Below the pieces are notes generated by a model. The model made no database searches. It saw nothing but the letters and a program-made list of their open reading frames with translations, and was not told the origin of the DNA. From an uncultured Vicinamibacteraceae bacterium (lineage in GTDB: Bacteria; Acidobacteriota; Vicinamibacteria; Vicinamibacterales; UBA8438), in NCBI GenBank assembly GCA_964507425.1, contig CAZDQD010000112.1, positions 5,808-69,807 on the forward strand: DNA of 64,000 bases. The letters run 5' to 3'. Of this stretch, positions 37,409-47,390 are shown one piece after another. The position numbers and the translations under genes are program-made. The number at the start of each line of letters is the position of its first letter. Position 1 is the first letter of the stretch.

Positions 37409-39361
37409 ATGAAGTTTTACCTTACGACAGCGATTGACTACGTAAATAGCCGCCCCCACCTTGGTACGGCTTACGAGAAAATCGCGGCAGACGTCATTGC
37501 CAGGTACAAGAGGTTGTGTGGTGTTGAAACGCGTTTTTTGATGGGGAATGACGAGCATTCGCAGAACGTGTTTCAGAAAGCTCGTGAACTTGATGTTGAA
37601 CCACTGGCTTTTTGTGATGAGATGGAGGCAACTTTCCGTAATGTTTGGACGTCGCTTGATATTTCCTTTGATGACTTTATTCGAACCACGGAAGATCGGC
37701 ACCGAAAGGCTGTCACTGCTCTTGTTGCCAGAATTATAGAGACTGGCGATATCTATGAAGGATTTTACGAAGGCTGGTATTGCGTCTCGTGTGAATCGTT
37801 CAAGCAGGAAAAAGATTTAGTGGATGGGAACTGTCCGGTTCATCAAAGACCTCCTGAATGGATCAAGGAGAAGAATTGGTTTTTTCGACTTTCCAAATAT
37901 CAGGAACGACTTGCGGAGCATTATGATTCCTGTCCAAACTTTCTCCAGCCGGAGATTCGGCGCAACGAAATATTGAGCCTGTTGGATAGTGGACTCGACG
38001 ATATTTCGATGAGTCGAACTGGTCAATCCTGGGGTATTCCGGTGCCTTCGGATCCTGAAAGTGTGATCTATGTGTGGGTCGACGCGTTAATCAATTATGC
38101 GTCGGCAGTTGGGTATGGCTCTGATTCGGCATTGTTTGAAAAGTGGTGGCCCGCTGATCTTCATATTGTGGGAAAGGATATTACCCGCTTCCACTGTGTA
38201 GTTTGGCCGGCGATGCTGATGAGTGCTGGCGTTGATTTGCCACGAAAGGTTTTCGGCCATGGCTGGGTGCATTGGCAAGGGCAGAAAATGAGCAAATCTT
38301 TAGGGACGGTTATAGACCCGCTAAAGGCGGTTGAGCGATTGGGACCCGATCCACTGAGGCTTTATCTCACGAAAGAGATAGGGTTCGGACAGGACGGTGA
38401 TTTTTCATGGGATCGTTTCGAAGAGCATTACAACGTCGACCTTGCCAACAATTTTGGCAATCTTGTTTCGAGAGTTGTTTCGATGGGGCATCGCTATCGG
38501 AACGGTCGGCTTGTTGTTCCGTCACGTGAAACCGGTCCGCTTTCGGGCCTCGCTACGGAGGCTGTAGCGTCTTACCGTCGGTCGATGGATGAGTATGCAT
38601 TACACCGAGCGATAGCGACTGCATTTGGCTTAATTGATTCGACAAACGAGTATATCGCCTCGGTAGAGCCGTGGTCAGTAGCGAAAGATACGCAGCGCGC
38701 AGAAGAACTAGATCGACAACTATGTGACATGGTTGAGTCCGTTCGTATAGTGGCTACGCTTTTAAGTCCAGTAATGCCGAGCGCGTGTGGTGAGATCATG
38801 CGACGAATCGGTTGCGGGACCTCCGGAGCGTTAAATCTTGACCGCGATGGTGTGTGGCAAACGCCACCAGGAAGTGAACGACAGTTGGAGCAGGCTGGGC
38901 CATTATGGCCACGCTTAGAGCCGGAGCGAGTAGCGCCAGCTGTTAAGGGGTCGAAGCAGAAGGAAACAAAAACGATGAATGAAGACGGTAAACAAGTTGA
39001 GTCGCCTGAATCTGCACTAACGGAGGCGTCAACGATATCGATCGAAGACTTTTTTAAGGTGGAACTTCGTGTTGGGCGTGTGGTGGCGGCGGAGCCAATT
39101 CCAAAGTCTCGAAAATTACTGAAACTTGATATTGAAACAGGTTCTGGGGTTCGCCAAATCGTGTCTGGAATCGCTAAAGCCTACGAGCCGGAAGCGCTCA
39201 TTGGCCGACATGTCGTTTTCGTCGCGAATTTAAAAGCGGCAACTCTGATGGGAGTAGAGTCGAACGGTATGGTGCTTGCCGCGACAGATTCAACAGGAAA
39301 TGCGGTGCTGATCGAACCAGAGGACGTTGAGCGTGCTCCTGCAGGATCTGAAGTTCGGTGA
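37409..39361 (+). CDS. metG: Methionyl-tRNA synthetase with a C-terminal tRNA-binding (Trbp111/EMAP-like) domain
   Basis: PHLGTAYE (HIGH-type), QKMSKSLG (KMSKS), Zn knuckle CVSC...CPVH, C-terminal FFKVELRVGRVVAAEPIPKS. Confidence 0.93.
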   Translation: MKFYLTTAIDYVNSRPHLGTAYEKIAADVIARYKRLCGVETRFLMGNDEHSQNVFQKARELDVEPLAFCDEMEATFRNVWTSLDISFDDFIRTTEDRHRKAVTALVARIIETGDIYEGFYEGWYCVSCESFKQEKDLVDGNCPVHQRPPEWIKEKNWFFRLSKYQERLAEHYDSCPNFLQPEIRRNEILSLLDSGLDDISMSRTGQSWGIPVPSDPESVIYVWVDALINYASAVGYGSDSALFEKWWPADLHIVGKDITRFHCVVWPAMLMSAGVDLPRKVFGHGWVHWQGQKMSKSLGTVIDPLKAVERLGPDPLRLYLTKEIGFGQDGDFSWDRFEEHYNVDLANNFGNLVSRVVSMGHRYRNGRLVVPSRETGPLSGLATEAVASYRRSMDEYALHRAIATAFGLIDSTNEYIASVEPWSVAKDTQRAEELDRQLCDMVESVRIVATLLSPVMPSACGEIMRRIGCGTSGALNLDRDGVWQTPPGSERQLEQAGPLWPRLEPERVAPAVKGSKQKETKTMNEDGKQVESPESALTEASTISIEDFFKVELRVGRVVAAEPIPKSRKLLKLDIETGSGVRQIVSGIAKAYEPEALIGRHVVFVANLKAATLMGVESNGMVLAATDSTGNAVLIEPEDVERAPAGSEVR

Positions 39362-40173
39362 TTGACTCGCATTGTCACTTGGCGGACGACGCTTTTTCAA
39401 GTGATATCGTGCAAGTTGTCGAAAGGGCGTCGGCCGTGGGCGTCGACCAGGCCCTTTGCATTCTTGATGTCACTAACGAAGAAGAGTTGGGACGTGCGGG
39501 AGGTCTAGTGCAACTGTGGTCTGCAGTACAGTTTGCGGCGGGCGTACATCCACATCAAGCAGGCCAATTCGAAGACTGCCTAGATGAAGTATTGCCAACG
39601 TTCGAAGCTGCACTTAAACGGCATTCTGACGTTTGCGCGGTCGGTGAAATTGGCTTGGATTATCACTACGATGTTTCACCACGTAACGTGCAAGTCGAAG
39701 TGTTTCGTCGTCAAATTGCCTTGGCGCGGTCTCGTGGATTACCGATCGTTGTACACACTCGTGAGGCGGACGATGACACGATTGAATGTATTAGCTCGGA
39801 AGGCGGTGGCGATGTGGTAGGCGTCTTTCATTGCTTTACGGGTGATATTCAGTTTGCCCGGCGTATTCTAGATCTCGGATTTCACATATCATTTTCTGGA
39901 ATCGTGACGTTTAAACGAGCGGAAGAAATACGAGAAGCGGCGGCCTTCGTCCCCCTAGATAGATTGCTTGTTGAAACGGATTCACCGTATTTGGCACCCA
40001 CGCCGCACCGAGGTAAACGAAATGAGCCAGCATGGGTAGCTCGGGTGACTGAGGCAGTTGCAGAGGTTCGCGGTTCTCGACCGTCTTTTCTAGCAGAGAG
40101 GACCAGTTCTTCGTTTCTAAATTTGTTCGGTGAGTCGCAACGTCTGAATTCTGCTAAAGGCTGCGAAAATTGA
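39358..40173 (+). CDS. TatD-family metal-dependent hydrolase (DNase)
   Basis: MIDSHCHL N-terminus, GEIGLDYHY, VETDSPYLAP. GTGA overlap with metG. Confidence 0.88.
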   Translation: MIDSHCHLADDAFSSDIVQVVERASAVGVDQALCILDVTNEEELGRAGGLVQLWSAVQFAAGVHPHQAGQFEDCLDEVLPTFEAALKRHSDVCAVGEIGLDYHYDVSPRNVQVEVFRRQIALARSRGLPIVVHTREADDDTIECISSEGGGDVVGVFHCFTGDIQFARRILDLGFHISFSGIVTFKRAEEIREAAAFVPLDRLLVETDSPYLAPTPHRGKRNEPAWVARVTEAVAEVRGSRPSFLAERTSSSFLNLFGESQRLNSAKGCEN

Positions 40174-41219
40174 CACTTCCTGAGAAATTGTGTTCTGATC
40201 GAAATCAAGTGAATACCGCGCTGAAAACATCAGTTCCTGACGACCTCGCCGAAATATTTGAGCCGATACGCGGTGACCTCGGTGCAGTTGAGGAAGCGTA
40301 CGAGAGCCATATCCAGTCTCGAGTCGAATTGATTCCTCAGATGGCGGGCTATATTCAAAGTAGCGGCGGAAAACGGGTGCGTCCCGCGGTATTACTAATG
40401 GCGTCTCGTCTGGCAGGCTATACCGGTGAACGAGCCGTGCTCTATGCGTCGGTTATCGAATTTATACACACAGCCACGCTCGTTCATGATGACATTATCG
40501 ATGATTCTGAACTCCGTCGGGGCCGTCCAGCCGCGCATTCTAGGTGGGGTAACGACATCACTGTCCTTCTCGGGGACTATCTCTACATTAAGTCGATGGG
40601 AATGGCTCTTACCTACGATTCCATTGATGTTGTGCGCCTACTTTGCGATGTCACACTTCGGATGATCGAAGGCGAGTTGTACCAGTTGACGAAGGCAGGT
40701 GACGTAGACATTTCTGAGGAGGAACATTTCGACATCATTCGCCGAAAGACAGCTTATCTGTTCGGTGGTGCGGCTGAAATTGGTGGCATGTTGGGTGACA
40801 CTGATGATGATGGAAGGGCTGCACTGAGGGACTACGGTTTTAATTTGGGCATTGCCTTTCAGTTGGTTGATGACTTGCTTGATTTCACTGCTGAACAGAC
40901 ATCACTAGGTAAACCAATTGGTGGTGACCTGAGGGAAGGAAAAGTTACTTTGGCTGCGATCCGCTTGTTGCAACAAGCGGGTAAAGGTAGCCGTGCGGAC
41001 GACATCGTTCGTAATACTGTTAACAATCGCACCATCACGATTGAAGAATGGGTGGAGTTGGGCTCTCTGCTTCGCGAACATCAAGCCATCGACTACGCTT
41101 ACGATAAAGCTGTTAAGCACGCTAAGCTGGCTAAGAAGCAACTCGAAAGGTTTCCGCCTTCTGCCGAACGGGATGCGTTGCACTCTCTCCCTGACTACGT
41201 GTTGGCGCGAGACCGCTAG
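40170..41219 (+). CDS. Long-chain polyprenyl diphosphate synthase (IspB-like)
   Basis: FARM LVHDDIIDDS, SARM QLVDDLLD, GGKRVRP. TTG start overlaps the TatD stop. Confidence 0.85.
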   Translation: MTLPEKLCSDRNQVNTALKTSVPDDLAEIFEPIRGDLGAVEEAYESHIQSRVELIPQMAGYIQSSGGKRVRPAVLLMASRLAGYTGERAVLYASVIEFIHTATLVHDDIIDDSELRRGRPAAHSRWGNDITVLLGDYLYIKSMGMALTYDSIDVVRLLCDVTLRMIEGELYQLTKAGDVDISEEEHFDIIRRKTAYLFGGAAEIGGMLGDTDDDGRAALRDYGFNLGIAFQLVDDLLDFTAEQTSLGKPIGGDLREGKVTLAAIRLLQQAGKGSRADDIVRNTVNNRTITIEEWVELGSLLREHQAIDYAYDKAVKHAKLAKKQLERFPPSAERDALHSLPDYVLARDR

Positions 41220-41242
41220 GGTGTGTTGGCGGGGGGGCACTG

Positions 41243-43375
41243 GTGAAGTCGTCACCGCTCCAAAAGATTGAGTCGCTGCGGAGGAGCGTTCGTCACCATG
41301 AGGAGCGCTACTACGTCTACGACGATCCTGAGATTTCGGATGTTGAGTTCGATGCGCTTATGCGTGAGTTGCGTGCGCTCGAGAAACAACATCCGGACCT
41401 CGTTACTCCCGTTTCACCGACCCAGCGTGTATCTGGACGTTCCACTGCGGCGTTTGAGTCCGTTCCACATGCGGAGCCGATGCTTAGTTTGGACAATGCA
41501 TACACTGAGGGTGAGTTGCGAGAGTTCGATCAAAGGGTTCGCGATGCACTCGAGCCAGAGTCGGTTCCGTCTTACATCGCAGAATTGAAGATTGATGGCC
41601 TCGGCATTGCCCTCACTTACGAGGGTGGACAGCTTTTACGAGGTGTGACTCGCGGAGATGGTGTTCAGGGTGAGAATGTCACTGCAAATGTTCGAGCGAT
41701 TCGTTCGATTCCGCTTCAGCTTTCCCACGCTCCACGGGGTACCGTTGAGGTACGGGGAGAAATTTATCTTCCGCGCACGAGTTTTGAGAGGGTTAATGAG
41801 GAAATTCTTTCTGAAAATGAAGACATTCGACGTACGAATGAAGACATTGAACGTAAGAATGTTGAATTAAAGGGAGAAGGGAAGACGCCGATTTCCACGA
41901 AGGCCTTGAAGCCACTGGTGGCCAACCCGAGAAACGCTGCGGCTGGTGCCATGCGGAGAAAAGAGCCGGCGCTAGTAGCCAAAAGAGGTTTACGTGCATG
42001 GATGTACCAGATCGTTGCTGATACCGTCACGCCAGGAAAGGTTGGTCAAGTCAGTCAACTTGAGAAGTTGCGAGCGTGGGCATTGCCGGTCGAACGACAC
42101 TGGAAACATTGTGAAGATATTGACGCGGTTCTGGAGTTTTGCCGAACTTGGGAAAGCCGGCGGTCGTCTCTTGAGTTTGACATCGATGGTGTCGTCGTGA
42201 AGGTTAGGGCCGAGGAACAGCGACTGCGACTCGGGTCGACTAGTAAATTTCCCCATTGGGCGATTGCGTTCAAATTTCCTGCTGAGCAGGTAACGACGCG
42301 GTTAAAAGCGATTGCATTACAGGTAGGTCGCACCGGTGCGGTTACGCCATATGCCGTAATGGAGCCTGTGTTTTTGGCTGGATCAACTATTTCGAGGGCG
42401 ACCTTGCACAATGCCGAAGAGGTGACACGGAAAGATATTCGAGCAGGCGATGTAGTGCTCGTGGAAAAAGGTGGAGACGTCATACCAAAGATCGTCAAGG
42501 CGATTACAAGTCAACGTGACACGGGACCGAATGGTCCGAGGCCTTTTGTGATGCCGACGAGCTGTCCGGAATGCGCGTCTCGATTGGTTCGACCGGAGGG
42601 GGGGGTTGTTTGGCGTTGCGCGAACGTGGCTTGCCCGGCGCAAGTGAGACGTGCACTAACTCATTTTGCGAGTCGGAGCGCGATGAATATTGAAGGCCTT
42701 GGCGAGAAAGTTGTGGATGCACTCGTGAGTCAGGATGTTGTAAAAAATGTGGGCGATCTCTATGAACTGGACATGTCGACGTTACCCTCCGTGCAATTGG
42801 GATGGTCGTCGAAAGGCAATCCAATAAGAATTGGAGAAATACGTTCGAAAAAAATTTTGGCGGAGATTGAACGAAGCAAACAAAATGAGTTTTGGCGCTT
42901 GTTGTTTGGGCTTGGAATACGGCACGTTGGTGAGGGCGCGGCTAGGGCGCTAGCTCAAACATTTGGCAGTCTTGCGAAGCTGACGAATGCGTCGGCCGAG
43001 GAGCTCGAAGCTGTGCCAGACGTTGGGTCGGTAGTTGCGTCGTCCGTTCGTGAGTACTTTATGCAATTGGATGCAAAGTTACTGGTGGATCAGTTTCGTT
43101 CGCTTGAGGTTGTTTTATCTTCGGATATTTCGACGGGTAGTACAAATGCAGGACCGCTGACGGGTCAGACGTTTGTTCTAACTGGCACGTTGAAGGAGCT
43201 CTCTCGTGATGAAGCCCGCGCTGCTATTGAACGGCGAGGTGGTAAAGTGTCGACATCGGTTAGTCGAAAGACTTCCTGGGTAGTGGTTGGTGAAGCGCCA
43301 GGCTCGAAAGCGGACAAAGCGCGTGGACTGGACGTTGAACTATTAGATGAGGCGTCTTTTATGGCACTGCTTTAG
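41243..43375 (+). CDS. ligA: NAD-dependent DNA ligase
   Basis: Adenylation AELKIDGLG, NPRNAAAG, Zn finger CPECASRLVRPEGGVVWRCANVACPAQ, HhH region, BRCT GQTFVLTGTL. GTG start. Confidence 0.93.
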   Translation: MKSSPLQKIESLRRSVRHHEERYYVYDDPEISDVEFDALMRELRALEKQHPDLVTPVSPTQRVSGRSTAAFESVPHAEPMLSLDNAYTEGELREFDQRVRDALEPESVPSYIAELKIDGLGIALTYEGGQLLRGVTRGDGVQGENVTANVRAIRSIPLQLSHAPRGTVEVRGEIYLPRTSFERVNEEILSENEDIRRTNEDIERKNVELKGEGKTPISTKALKPLVANPRNAAAGAMRRKEPALVAKRGLRAWMYQIVADTVTPGKVGQVSQLEKLRAWALPVERHWKHCEDIDAVLEFCRTWESRRSSLEFDIDGVVVKVRAEEQRLRLGSTSKFPHWAIAFKFPAEQVTTRLKAIALQVGRTGAVTPYAVMEPVFLAGSTISRATLHNAEEVTRKDIRAGDVVLVEKGGDVIPKIVKAITSQRDTGPNGPRPFVMPTSCPECASRLVRPEGGVVWRCANVACPAQVRRALTHFASRSAMNIEGLGEKVVDALVSQDVVKNVGDLYELDMSTLPSVQLGWSSKGNPIRIGEIRSKKILAEIERSKQNEFWRLLFGLGIRHVGEGAARALAQTFGSLAKLTNASAEELEAVPDVGSVVASSVREYFMQLDAKLLVDQFRSLEVVLSSDISTGSTNAGPLTGQTFVLTGTLKELSRDEARAAIERRGGKVSTSVSRKTSWVVVGEAPGSKADKARGLDVELLDEASFMALL
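41816..41866 (+). repeat. In-frame 21-nt imperfect tandem repeat (about 2.4 copies) inside ligA
   Basis: aatgaagacattcgacgtacg / aatgaagacattgaacgtaag / aatgttgaa encodes NEDIRRT-NEDIERK-NVE. It lies within an apparent insertion upstream of the NPRNAAAG motif. Confidence 0.8.
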
Positions 43376-43480
43376 AACGTCCAGTGTGCGTGAAGTAGAA
43401 CCATAGGTGTGTAGGAATTTAGTGTCAGACGTATCGAGTCGTAGAGGCGCGGCGTTTGGCATGATGCTCTTTGACATTCC

Positions 43481-43857
43481 GTCGTAGTTGGCTGGACGAC
43501 CGCTGCGCGCTCTCCCTATCCGTAGTGAGGACGCGGAGAGGAAAGTCCGAACTCCGCAGAGCGATGTGCCGGGTAATACCCGGTCAGGGTGACCTGAAGG
43601 AAAGTGGCACAGAAAATATACCGCCCGTCTTTGGCGGGTAAGGGTGAAAAGGTGCGGTAAGAGCGCACCGCATCTATCGCAAGGTAGATGGCAGGCTAAA
43701 CCCCGCATGGAGCAAGACCAAATAGGGGGGCGTTACTAGAGCTGCTCGCTCGAGGCCTCCGGGTAGGTCGCATGATTTTGTCAGTAATGGCAGAACTAGA
43801 GGAATGGTCGTCACCGCATAACGCGGGACAGAATTCGGCTTACAGACCGACTACGAC
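43481..43857 (+). ncRNA. rnpB: RNase P RNA, bacterial type A
   Basis: Conserved blocks GAGGAAAGTCCGAAC, GGGTGAAAAGGTGCGGTAAGAGCGCACCG, AGCAAGACCAAATAGGGG and ACAGAATTCGGCTTA. P1 pairing of GTCGTAGTTGG (5') with CCGACTACGAC (3'). Ends are approximate to within a few nt. Confidence 0.93.
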
Positions 43858-43890
43858 GGAATCTTTAAAGATCGACGGGAGGAAAAAGGC

Positions 43891-45030
43891 ATGAGTTTAC
43901 GCCTAAGTCTAATTGTCGGCACTGTTGTGTTGTGTGCCGCGCTGGTATCAGTCTTGAGTTTGGGATCGAGACCGAGGGCACAGCAGACGCGCGGGTCGGG
44001 GCTTGACGTGCGAGATTACGAGCCGCGTTCGACGTTGATTGTAGATTCAAACCCTGTTCCACGTGCAAAGTTTCCAGTTATCGATGTGCACAGTCATCAC
44101 CGGCCGGGTTTTTCGACAGCGGAATGGTCTGAAATTGTGAATGCGATGGATGGTTTAAATCTTCAGGTACTTGTAAACCTTAGTGGTGGCTCGGGTGCGA
44201 CGATTGTCCGTGGGGTGAACACGATTCAACAAAGTGACCATCCCGAGCGCATGGTGTTTTTTTCAAATCTAGATTTTCGCGGTGGGGTTAAACCTGGGTT
44301 TGGCGAAAGAGCGGCGGCGCAGTTGGAACGTGATGTTGCAGCTGGGGCAGTGGGCCTCAAGTTTTTTAAGAATTTTGGGATCGATGTGCGAGACGAGAAT
44401 GGCGTCCGTGTGGCGGTTGATGATCCGGAGCTTGACCCCGTATTTGAGGTGGCAGGTCAGTTGGGAGTTCCGGTACTGATGCACGTTGGGGAGCCGCTGT
44501 CGTTTTATGAGCCGGTGGACCAGTACAACGAACGCTGGTTGGAATTGACACTCTTGCCACGGCGACGCCTTCCGGCTGATCAGTATCCCGGTTTTGAAAC
44601 AATGATGGAGGAGCGTAACCGACGCTTTGCTCGCCACCCGGGAACAAACTTTATTGCGGCTCACATGGGTTGGCATGCGAACGACCTGGGGCGGTTGGGA
44701 CGGCTTTTAGATCGAATGCCAAACGTATATGTCGAAACTGGTGCCATTTTGTATGAGCTTGGTCGACAGCCGTGGACTGCGAGAGAATTTTTTGAGAGCT
44801 ATCAGGACCGAATCCTGTTTGGAAAGGATTCTTTCGCGCCGGATGAGTTTCCGTATTACTGGCGTACGTTTGAAACACGCGATGAGTATTTTGACTATTA
44901 CCGAGGGTACCATGCATTTTGGCAAATGTATGGGATGGACCTACCCGATGAGGTTTTGAAGAAGGTTTATTATCGTAATGCCCTAAAGTTGATTAGCGGT
45001 ATCGATTCTAGGCAATTTCCTGCCTCGTAA
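43891..45030 (+). CDS. Secreted amidohydrolase-superfamily (TIM-barrel metallohydrolase) protein
   Basis: Signal peptide, IDVHSHH metal-binding HxH, later MHVGEP and AAHMGW. Confidence 0.7.
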   Translation: MSLRLSLIVGTVVLCAALVSVLSLGSRPRAQQTRGSGLDVRDYEPRSTLIVDSNPVPRAKFPVIDVHSHHRPGFSTAEWSEIVNAMDGLNLQVLVNLSGGSGATIVRGVNTIQQSDHPERMVFFSNLDFRGGVKPGFGERAAAQLERDVAAGAVGLKFFKNFGIDVRDENGVRVAVDDPELDPVFEVAGQLGVPVLMHVGEPLSFYEPVDQYNERWLELTLLPRRRLPADQYPGFETMMEERNRRFARHPGTNFIAAHMGWHANDLGRLGRLLDRMPNVYVETGAILYELGRQPWTAREFFESYQDRILFGKDSFAPDEFPYYWRTFETRDEYFDYYRGYHAFWQMYGMDLPDEVLKKVYYRNALKLISGIDSRQFPAS

Positions 45031-45037
45031 CTATTAA

Positions 45038-45970
45038 ATGGCTCGTTACCTTGTTACCGGCGGTGCCGGGTTTATCGGTTCCCACGTTGTAGATGCGCTT
45101 CTTGAGGAAGGTCACGGCGTGCGGGTTTTAGATGATTTGTCCAGTGGGAGCTTGGCGAACGTTCCGACGGCAGAGAAATGTGAATTTATCAATAAAGATC
45201 TAGCCGAACGAGGCGTTGCGGAGTCGGTTGTTGATGGCGTGACCTGTGTCATTCACCTCGCGGCAATTCCGTCGGTTCCCCGTTCCGTGCTTGAACCAGC
45301 GAGGTCGCACCGAGCTAACGTCGAGGCGACGCATGCCCTACTTCTCGCGGCTCGTGAAGCCGGGGTTCAACGTGTGGTACAGGCGAGCTCTTCGTCCGTG
45401 TATGGCGAATCAGAGGCGTTGCCAAAAACGGAGGCGATGAAGGTTCAACCGATGTCTCCCTATGGACTCCATAAGTTGATCGGAGAGCAATACGCCTCGC
45501 TATTCCATCGTCTTTACGGTCTTCAAACTGTATCTCTACGATTCTTTAATGTGTTTGGACCACGCCAGTCACCGACATCACAGTATTCGGGAGTAATATC
45601 CCTCTTCATAGACAGTTTACTTTCAGAGACGGCGCCGACTATCTATGGAGACGGAGAACAGACAAGGGATTTTACGTATGTCAGCGATGTATCTCAGGCC
45701 ATATTGAATGCATGTGTGTCTCCGAATGCTGCTGGCTGCGTTCTTAATGTTGCCCGCGGTGGTAAAACCTCGATCAATGCGCTTTATGCGATGCTTCAGA
45801 AGATTACTGGAGTTATGGTGAGTGCCCAACATGGCGATGAGAGGGCCGGCGATATACGTCACTCGCAAGCAGACGTTCAGCTTGCACATGAGCTACTTGA
45901 TTACGTGCCGCGTGTGTCGGTCGAGGAAGGGCTCATCCGGACCGTCGATTGGCAGCGTTCTATCCGCTAG
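45038..45970 (+). CDS. NAD-dependent nucleotide-sugar 4-epimerase family (SDR)
   Basis: VTGGAGFIGSHV and SPYGLHKLIGE (YxxxK); 310 aa. Confidence 0.85.
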   Translation: MARYLVTGGAGFIGSHVVDALLEEGHGVRVLDDLSSGSLANVPTAEKCEFINKDLAERGVAESVVDGVTCVIHLAAIPSVPRSVLEPARSHRANVEATHALLLAAREAGVQRVVQASSSSVYGESEALPKTEAMKVQPMSPYGLHKLIGEQYASLFHRLYGLQTVSLRFFNVFGPRQSPTSQYSGVISLFIDSLLSETAPTIYGDGEQTRDFTYVSDVSQAILNACVSPNAAGCVLNVARGGKTSINALYAMLQKITGVMVSAQHGDERAGDIRHSQADVQLAHELLDYVPRVSVEEGLIRTVDWQRSIR

Positions 45971-46379
45971 CGTCGGAATCGGGGCATTGTTTGTTGACGG
46001 ATTCTCTTACCTGCAAAACCAGCCCGTTGGCCCCGATCACGTCTACTAGCGTATCTGCTGCTACAGAACCCGTGTCGGTTTCGGCTCTCCATAACTCTCC
46101 AGCGATACGGACATAGCCAAGTGGTGCCAATGTTTCCACCGTTTTGCCTTGCGCTCCAACCAGACGTTCGATGGGTGACGTGTCGGATGTCTCATAAGCT
46201 GTGCGAAGAAGGGGGTAGAGCGCCATGTCTTTGAGGATCCAGAACACAGGTAGACCAACGACCACAGCACCAGGGACGTCCATTGTTCGGTTCAGCCAGA
46301 CTCCTACAGCTGCGGCGACTATCCATCCGGGCACCTGGAACATGGTGTACTTCAAAAACACGACACGATGCTTTTTCAC
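45960..46379 (-). CDS. NfeD-family membrane protein (short form, C-terminal OB fold)
   Basis: Two N-terminal TM segments, then LVGAQGKTVETLAPLGYVRIAGELWRAETD...VDVIGANGLVLQV. Confidence 0.7.
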   Translation of the reverse strand: MKKHRVVFLKYTMFQVPGWIVAAAVGVWLNRTMDVPGAVVVGLPVFWILKDMALYPLLRTAYETSDTSPIERLVGAQGKTVETLAPLGYVRIAGELWRAETDTGSVAADTLVDVIGANGLVLQVRESVNKQCPDSDASG

Positions 46380-46431
46380 TCGGGTATATAAACAGGTTGC
46401 TCATGAGCCGGCAAGTTCAACTGCAATATGG

Positions 46432-47229
46432 CTATGGACTCCACGCTAGCCACCGGCCATTGCGATATTCAAGATTTAGTTCGATTCCAAAACAGCGAGA
46501 CAACGAGGGTGCTGTTAATGTCGAGTGAATAGGTCCCGCACCTCTGACCTTCCCATGAGCCATCAGCAGTACATGCGTAAACCCGGGTGGGATCTCATCA
46601 ACATGGTGCGTGACAAGTAGTACTCCGGCCACATCGTTTGCATTGGCGACGCCGGCCAGCATCGTAACTAGCTGTTCACGGCCTGCCAGGTCGAGTCCGG
46701 CCGTCGGTTCATCTAGTATGAGTAGGGAGGGCTGACCCATCAAAGCCCTCGCGATTAACACACGTTGTCGTTCCCCGGCCGAAAGCGTTCCGTACCGTGA
46801 TTCCGATAGGGTATCGCAGCCAAAACGGGTTAGCAGTGAAAGGGCACGGCTTTCGTCTGCGTTGGTGTATTCGTGCCACCATGGACTGAGTGCGGCGTGT
46901 CGGCCGGTCATGACGATTTGTTTCGCTGTTAATTCAGGGCGCATTAGGTCTGAGATTGCCTGACTCGTAATGCCTAGATGAGTGCGTAGCGTTCGGATGT
47001 CTGTGCGGCCAAAGCGTTCGCCGAGCAGATCGAGATGTCCAGAAGTGGGATGCAGATAGAAACTTGCAAGGCGACACAATGAAGTCTTTCCAGACCCGTT
47101 TGGCCCTAGGATCACCCAGCGTTCACCGGACGACACCTGCCAGTTAATATTTTGCAGAATAGTTCGTCCATCTCTGACTAGGTTGATATTTTCAAGCGAA
47201 AGAACGTGGGCTGCTGGCACGGCGAACAC
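46432..47229 (-). CDS. Stand-alone ABC ATPase with no adjacent permease
   Basis: Walker A GPNGSGKTSL, signature LSAGERQRV, Walker B LLILDEP. Probable GTG start at 47229 or 47220; the ORF maximum (47370) adds a non-ABC-like extension. Confidence 0.75.
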   Translation of the reverse strand: MFAVPAAHVLSLENINLVRDGRTILQNINWQVSSGERWVILGPNGSGKTSLCRLASFYLHPTSGHLDLLGERFGRTDIRTLRTHLGITSQAISDLMRPELTAKQIVMTGRHAALSPWWHEYTNADESRALSLLTRFGCDTLSESRYGTLSAGERQRVLIARALMGQPSLLILDEPTAGLDLAGREQLVTMLAGVANANDVAGVLLVTHHVDEIPPGFTHVLLMAHGKVRGAGPIHSTLTAPSLSRCFGIELNLEYRNGRWLAWSP

Positions 47230-47390
47230 TCTATATGATTGAAATGCTGACGGTTGCTGGGTACTTGAATCCGGTAGGCTTGACCAACTCTTTACACGTT
47301 TTTTGGTCTTGCTAATGTCTAGGAGACGTACTGCTGTCTGAGGATAGTAGTTAAGGATCAGATTGCACAAATTTGTTCTTGGTGGTTGTG

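Noticed and set aside
37232-37702. Long antisense ORFs inside well-supported genes (also 1161-1526, 42055-42498, 59614-60111, 62201-62674, 62694-63098)
   Set aside because: Each is fully overlapped by an opposite-strand gene with strong family motifs. The translations are Arg/Ser/Pro/Thr-rich low-complexity sequence, typical of antisense frames. No independent start context was seen.
43343-43708. 121-aa minus-strand ORF in the ligA-amidohydrolase gap
   Set aside because: It lies antisense across the RNase P RNA gene (43481-43857). The conserved blocks of rnpB explain this region, and the ORF product is Arg/Cys/Leu-rich with no protein-like features.
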